From Candidatus Bathyarchaeota archaeon (GTDB lineage Archaea > Thermoproteota > Bathyarchaeia > 40CM-2-53-6): a stretch of DNA of 64,000 nt. The notes below the pieces were generated by a model. It was not told the DNA's origin. It saw nothing but the letters and a program-made list of their open reading frames with translations, and did no database searches. The stretch is from the NCBI GenBank assembly GCA_005881615.1, contig VBBR01000032.1, positions 3,183 to 67,182 of the forward strand, given 5' to 3'. This document shows positions 59,482 through 64,000 of the stretch, in pieces (the first letter of the stretch is position 1; the number at the start of each line of letters is the position of its first letter). Both the position numbers and the translations under genes were made by a program.

Positions 59482-60936
59482 TTGGCATTACTATCGCTGA
59501 CCCCGTTTCTCAGCCTAGCGGTATTCGGGCTACTCGCCACTCCTGCGGGCTTCCTCCGTTTCAGAAATTCGAAGCTTGGTCTCGCGCCCTTCGTTTCTAT
59601 CTTAGGCTTGGCTGTGGCCATGGTCTCCACGGTATGGCTTGGATTCACCAGCTCCTCGCCAGTATCTTTCGGAGGGCTCCAAATTGACTCGTTTACCCTG
59701 TTCTTTTCAGGAGTCCTGCTAATTGTAGCGATGTTCGTGGCTGTTGCCTCGCTGCAATACATGCGAGATGACCCCAACAAGGGGCCGTTTTTCGGACTCC
59801 TGTTGCTTTCGACCCTCGGCATGATCGTTCTGGCCGCTTCAATGGATCTGATCCTTCTCTATGTGGGCTGGGAGTTGATGAGCATTCCCACCTATGCCTT
59901 GACAGCGTTCAGGAAGAACGACCCGAATTCCAACGAAGCCGCTATGAAATTCTTCGTCCTCTCAGCGCTCTCCTCCGCGCTCATCGTCTATGCCATCTCC
60001 CTGGTTTTCGGCATAACAGGCTCAACCGGGCTGACGGCTATTGCGAGCGCCCTATCGACAGCTGGACCAGATGTTCGTCCATTCGGCGTCCTCGCCATAG
60101 TCCTGTTCATCGTCGGGTTCGGGGTGAAGATGGCAGTCGTTCCATTTCACATGTGGATACCCGACGCTTTCGAAGGCGCCCCAGTGACTATTGGTGCGTT
60201 TTTGGCGGCGGGCGCGAAGATGGCCGCATTCGCGGCAGCGTTTCGAGTATTCATTGTAGGAATCTTACCTTTCAACGTGGACTTCTACTCGACATTTGCG
60301 ATTGTAGCGGTGGTAACAATGACTATGGGAAACGTTGCGGCCCTTATGCAGAAGAGCTTCACACGCCTCCTTGCATACTCTAGCATCGCCCAGGCCGGCT
60401 ACGTCCTAATGGCCCTTGCCACTCCATTCACGACGACCAATGTGCCGTTGGGTCTGGCTGGCGGACTCTTCCACGTGCTGAACTATGCAATCCTGAAGAC
60501 CGCGGCATTCGTTGCCGCGGCGGCGATCGCTACCAAGCTTTCAGTTAGAGACCTTGATTCTCTCAACGGGCTCTCCCGAAGAATGCCCCAAACGTCTCTC
60601 AGCATAGCGGTAATTTTTCTCGGCCTCGCAGGAGTGCCTCCCCTGAACGGCTTTTTCAGCAAAGTAATGTTGTTCACGGGCGCGATCTATTCGCCGTATA
60701 GCTGGGGCGGCTACCTAGCATTGGCCGCGCTGATTAACAGCGGTTTCAGCATGAGCTACTATGGTTGGGTCATCAAGAGAATGTATTTTGACGAACCGTC
60801 AGATCAGTCCAGGATTCCCGAACCACGAATCTACATGGCCGTTCTTTGGGCAGCCACGATCTTGATCTTTGCCATAGGACTATATCCTGACCCCTGGATT
60901 CGGTTGGTTCTGAGCGCTGCCGCTGCATTGCACTAG
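59482..60936 (+). CDS. nuoN: Complex I subunit N
   Basis: WELMSIP, EAAMKFF, KMAVVPFHMWIPD, LAGVPPLNGF. Confidence 0.93.
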   Translation: MALLSLTPFLSLAVFGLLATPAGFLRFRNSKLGLAPFVSILGLAVAMVSTVWLGFTSSSPVSFGGLQIDSFTLFFSGVLLIVAMFVAVASLQYMRDDPNKGPFFGLLLLSTLGMIVLAASMDLILLYVGWELMSIPTYALTAFRKNDPNSNEAAMKFFVLSALSSALIVYAISLVFGITGSTGLTAIASALSTAGPDVRPFGVLAIVLFIVGFGVKMAVVPFHMWIPDAFEGAPVTIGAFLAAGAKMAAFAAAFRVFIVGILPFNVDFYSTFAIVAVVTMTMGNVAALMQKSFTRLLAYSSIAQAGYVLMALATPFTTTNVPLGLAGGLFHVLNYAILKTAAFVAAAAIATKLSVRDLDSLNGLSRRMPQTSLSIAVIFLGLAGVPPLNGFFSKVMLFTGAIYSPYSWGGYLALAALINSGFSMSYYGWVIKRMYFDEPSDQSRIPEPRIYMAVLWAATILIFAIGLYPDPWIRLVLSAAAALH

Positions 60937-61523
60937 TCGCCTCGCGAGGCCATGAGCCGCCCATTTAGAATGTCTGCAATCTCAGAGAGGTCGCTGATCA
61001 CCTTCTCCCGCTGAAACTGTCTTTCTTCATGACCAAAATCAATTTGGATGGTTTCAACAACGAAATCACCCTTCTCATCTTTCTGGCTGTAACTCGTGAC
61101 TATGCTTCTGGGCTCCGGCTTCACGAATTCCTTGTCCATCGTTATCGCGAAGTCTTTGACCAGCCTTGCCCTTACTAGCTCCATCGTGGAGTCAGAACTC
61201 ATCTGCCCTAGGGCTGTCCCGATGTCGACACCTGGGTCCTTCTTGCCGTGGATGTCTAGAACATATCTGATTCCATCTTCTGCTATGAAAGTCTCAATGC
61301 CCTTTCGGAGCTCTGATTTCGCAGATTGAATCTTATTCAGATCCAAGAATTCTTTGCTGACCTTACCAATAACAGCATAGGATCTCGAAGTTAAGGCTGC
61401 TTCCTCAACGATTGAACCAGTATAGAGGTCTGCGTCAGGGCTCGCGACGTGCGGAGCAATTAAAAGAACACGTCCTATACCGACGATTTCTACGTGATCA
61501 GGGTGAATAATCTTGACGGGCAC
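60933..61523 (-). CDS. N-formylglutamate amidohydrolase-like (Zn-peptidase fold) protein
   Basis: IAPH, LDIHG, VDIGT, ETIQID. Confidence 0.6.
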   Translation of the reverse strand: MPVKIIHPDHVEIVGIGRVLLIAPHVASPDADLYTGSIVEEAALTSRSYAVIGKVSKEFLDLNKIQSAKSELRKGIETFIAEDGIRYVLDIHGKKDPGVDIGTALGQMSSDSTMELVRARLVKDFAITMDKEFVKPEPRSIVTSYSQKDEKGDFVVETIQIDFGHEERQFQREKVISDLSEIADILNGRLMASRGD

Positions 61524-61649
61524 TCCCTAGGCACCTCGTATGTAGAATAAGGCTTGGAAACTATATCAAAACTGGCTTTGTCAGGCTATCGGTTTTTTTT
61601 GACCACTTTCATTCACCTATCTGTAAAATAGTTCTCTGGCACGTCTATG

Positions 61650-61912
61650 TTGGTAGTCATCAGTCGATGAAGCCTAGTCTGGAGGCGAGATGTGGGTTTT
61701 GACCCGAAATAGCCGACTGGGCCGATGCTGGGTAGAAGGTTGCCTTGACCAGGCGTAAAACCCTGACTTGCAAACGGTCTAGCTGGCCCGGTGAATGCCA
61801 GGCGAGAACCGTGAGGTTCGCGGCCGTCGCGTCCACAAGTGAAGCAATAGTACGGGAACCCCAGACTGAGGGCAATCCTGAAAGTCGATGCAGATGAGTC
61901 AGGACTCATCAA
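61650..61912 (+). ncRNA. Candidate structured non-coding RNA, family unassigned
   Basis: Nested helices: TTGGTAGTC/GACTCATCAA, AGTCTGG/CCAGACT, TGTGGG/TCCACA, GCCG/CGGC, TGGGCCG/CGGTCTA, CTGGC/GCCAG, and a GAACC-GTGA-GGTTC GNRA hairpin. Confidence 0.6.
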
Positions 61913-62021
61913 TCAAGGACCTGACAGAACCTCAAAACCCATCCTCGAACAGTTTTATAGCGATCGTTGAGGGCATGCGTTTGAAACCTCAGTTTCATGG
62001 TGTCTTTGGAGCAGAAATTGC

Positions 62022-62339
62022 TTGTCCGGAATGGAGGCTGTAAGGAAGATTGTGGAAACTGAGGCACAGGCTAAGCGGATAATCGAGGATGCGAAGTTAA
62101 GGGCTCAGGAAATTCTAGAGAGTGCCTCTGCAGAGTCACAGAGGGTTCGGCAGACCGCTATATCTGGTGCAGATCAGGATAAGGCTCGGATATTGAAAGA
62201 GGCACGAGAGAAGGCCGAAGCTGACGCTAGAAGTTCAGACGAAGAGACCAACGCTTTACTGGAGAATTACAAAAATCTCTTCGAGAAAAGGAAAGAAGTC
62301 GCCGTAAAGAAAGCCGTTGAATTGATCTTGGGAGGCTGA
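62022..62339 (+). CDS. atpH: A/V-type ATP synthase subunit H (G-like peripheral stalk)
   Basis: Charged coiled coil, KIVETEAQAKRIIEDAK...KKAVELIL. Confidence 0.8.
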   Translation: MSGMEAVRKIVETEAQAKRIIEDAKLRAQEILESASAESQRVRQTAISGADQDKARILKEAREKAEADARSSDEETNALLENYKNLFEKRKEVAVKKAVELILGG

Positions 62340-62344
62340 AAGAA

Positions 62345-62950
62345 TTGGCGGAGTCTTTGGAGAAGCTTCACAACCGGATACTGTCCGACGCAAAACTGAA
62401 GGCCGCCGATGTCATCCGAGAGGCAGAAGAAAAGGCAAGGCAGAGTGTAGAAGAGTCTAGGGTTCAGGCACAAAAGGATGCAGACGAGATCCTCTCGAAG
62501 GCCAACTTAGAAGCTGAGAGTATCAGAAGAGGCATTCTCAGCTCGAGAATTAGAGCGAACCGTCTCCGAGTTCTCGATGAAAAGAATAAGATCGTTCAGA
62601 GCGTCCTCAAGTCTGTGGAACAGAGGCTTTCTGACATTGCCAGCACGGATCAGTTCCAGCCAGCTCTGAAACGGTTTGTCGCCGAGGCCGTTGATGCGGT
62701 GGGGGCGGATGATATAGTTGTGAGAGTTGGCTTTCAGAATGCGGAGAGAAAAAGTCTCGACTCTCTGGGACGAACTCTCCCAACGAGGACTAGATTCGTC
62801 GTCGAGGACAAATCCATCGACGACCTAGGTGGAGTGGTTGCAGGCGACGTCGGGGGAAAGATGATTTTCAATAATTCTTTTAGGGCTCGCATTGAGAGAC
62901 TGGACAACCAACTGCTGACGACGATTTCCTCTACAATATTTGGCGAGTAG
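62345..62950 (+). CDS. atpE: A/V-type ATP synthase subunit E
   Basis: N-terminal coiled coil, GGVV, FNNSFRARI. Confidence 0.88.
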   Translation: MAESLEKLHNRILSDAKLKAADVIREAEEKARQSVEESRVQAQKDADEILSKANLEAESIRRGILSSRIRANRLRVLDEKNKIVQSVLKSVEQRLSDIASTDQFQPALKRFVAEAVDAVGADDIVVRVGFQNAERKSLDSLGRTLPTRTRFVVEDKSIDDLGGVVAGDVGGKMIFNNSFRARIERLDNQLLTTISSTIFGE

Positions 62951-62961
62951 GTCCGAATTTC

Positions 62962-64000
62962 TTGCTTAGACCAGAGACGATGCATCAGGTCAGCATCATA
63001 GTCGCAAAGGACCAGATCCACAACCTCCTCTCATACGCCGGGAAAGAACACGTGATCCATCTCGTTACCGTTGAGGATGAAAAACTTCCACCCGGTGCCG
63101 CTCCATTCGAAGCTACCAGTCTTCTGTCCAAATCTGCGACTATCAGGAACCGCATCTCAGCACTATCCGCTGCTCTTCAACCGATTAAAGGTGAACCGGA
63201 GAAGATCGAAGCTCCCATTCATAACATCGATGAACTCGCACTCTTCCTCGATCAGGAAACCTCGAAACTCGAAGGGTCCGTTCACGAACTTGAAGAATCG
63301 CAAGGCAAATTGCTTTCCGACAAGGAGAGAACCTCAGAATTTTCACGGTTTCTTTCAGGGTTAGAAACTATCGGGATGCCACTCGGGGCTATAGGCGGCA
63401 GCGGTTTCTTGGTCACTCTCGCCGGAGAATGCGCGAGAGAGTCAACTGTCGCCATCCAGCGGGACTTAGATGAGCAGACCTACGGTAATCTGATCTTCGT
63501 CATCACCCATAGCACCGAAAGAACTCAGACCTTCTTGGCGATTTTTCCCCATGCCTTCGAAGATGACGCTAAACAAGCGGCCGCGGCACTAGGTGCAAAG
63601 GTGGAAGAGCCTTGGCAGGATCTTCCCCCAGACCCCAAGCAAGCCAAGGACTTCATTGATGCCAGACTCGCGGAGATAGAGGATACAGAGAAGAAACTTG
63701 ATCACCAGCGTGAACTCCTTAGGAAGGAGTACGGACCAAGGCTCAAGACTCTTGAATATCTGACCGAGATTCTGGAAGCCCGATCCAGAGCAGTTTCAAA
63801 TTCTTCCACTACAGAGTCTACCTTCATGCTGAGGGGGTGGGTCGCGAAAGATAGGATCCAAAACCTGACAGAAGGAGCTTCGCAAGCTTGCAAAGGACTC
63901 GTTTCTGTTCACGTAGAGAAGGCTCAAGGGCATCAGATCTCACATGGCGAGTCCCTAGAAAACGGCTTCGAGGCCAGCGACCGCCAGACTCCACCAACTC
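62962..64000 (+). CDS. atpI: A/V-type ATP synthase subunit I (partial, runs off window end)
   Basis: TTG start, MLRPETMHQVSIIVAKD...HVIHL, ...TESTFMLRGWVAKD; no stop seen in the parts translated by hand. Confidence 0.85.
   Translation, partial: MLRPETMHQVSIIVAKDQIHNLLSYAGKEHVIHLVTVEDEKLPPGAAPFEATSLLSKSATIRNRISALSAALQPIKGEPEKIEAPIHNIDELALFLDQETSKLEGSVHELEESQGKLLSDKERTSEFSRFLSGLETIGMPLGAIGGSGFLVTLAGECARESTVAIQRDLDEQTYGNLIFVITHSTERTQTFLAIFPHAFEDDAKQAAAALGAKVEEPWQDLPPDPKQAKDFIDARLAEIEDTEKKLDHQRELLRKEYGPRLKTLEYLTEILEARSRAVSNSSTTESTFMLRGWVAKDRIQNLTEGASQACKGLVSVHVEKAQGHQISHGESLENGFEASDRQTPPT

Noticed and set aside
61613-61912. 99-aa and 71-aa minus-strand ORFs, or SRP/RNase P RNA
   Set aside because: The ORFs lack protein-like features. 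Neither the SRP helix-8 GGAA/AGCAG motif nor the RNase P GAGGAA..TCC motif is present.

Overview
Archaeal (TACK-type, most consistent with a Bathyarchaeia-like lineage; this is an inference) chromosomal window, about 52% GC by eye. Positions 1-10.15 kb are an accessory island of small detox-type enzymes, a 14-repeat secreted beta-propeller protein and a decayed GmrSD nuclease. It accreted at the 3' end of tRNA-Ile(CAU), with two att-like copies of the tRNA end at about 1898 and 4650. Two divergent intron-containing tRNAs follow, including a tRNA-Asn with three BHB introns, one at the very unusual 8/9 position. Next come the glyoxylate shunt (aceA/aceB) and a large Cdv/ESCRT-III locus: 3 CdvB, 2 CdvA, Vps4/CdvC, Lrp and an embedded FtsX/FtsE-like ABC pair. 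It is divergent from a CdvA-coiled-coil/Cren7-like fusion and Alba, which is the best candidate here for an undescribed chromatin-ESCRT coupling system. The rest holds housekeeping genes (cysS, asnS, thermosome), a membrane-receptor/KaiC-like ATPase module, gluconeogenesis genes, an A-family heme-copper oxidase with a cupredoxin, a '2M' complex I membrane arm, a roughly 260-nt structured ncRNA candidate and the start of the A/V-type ATP synthase operon. All calls come from reading motifs by eye; no database searches were run.
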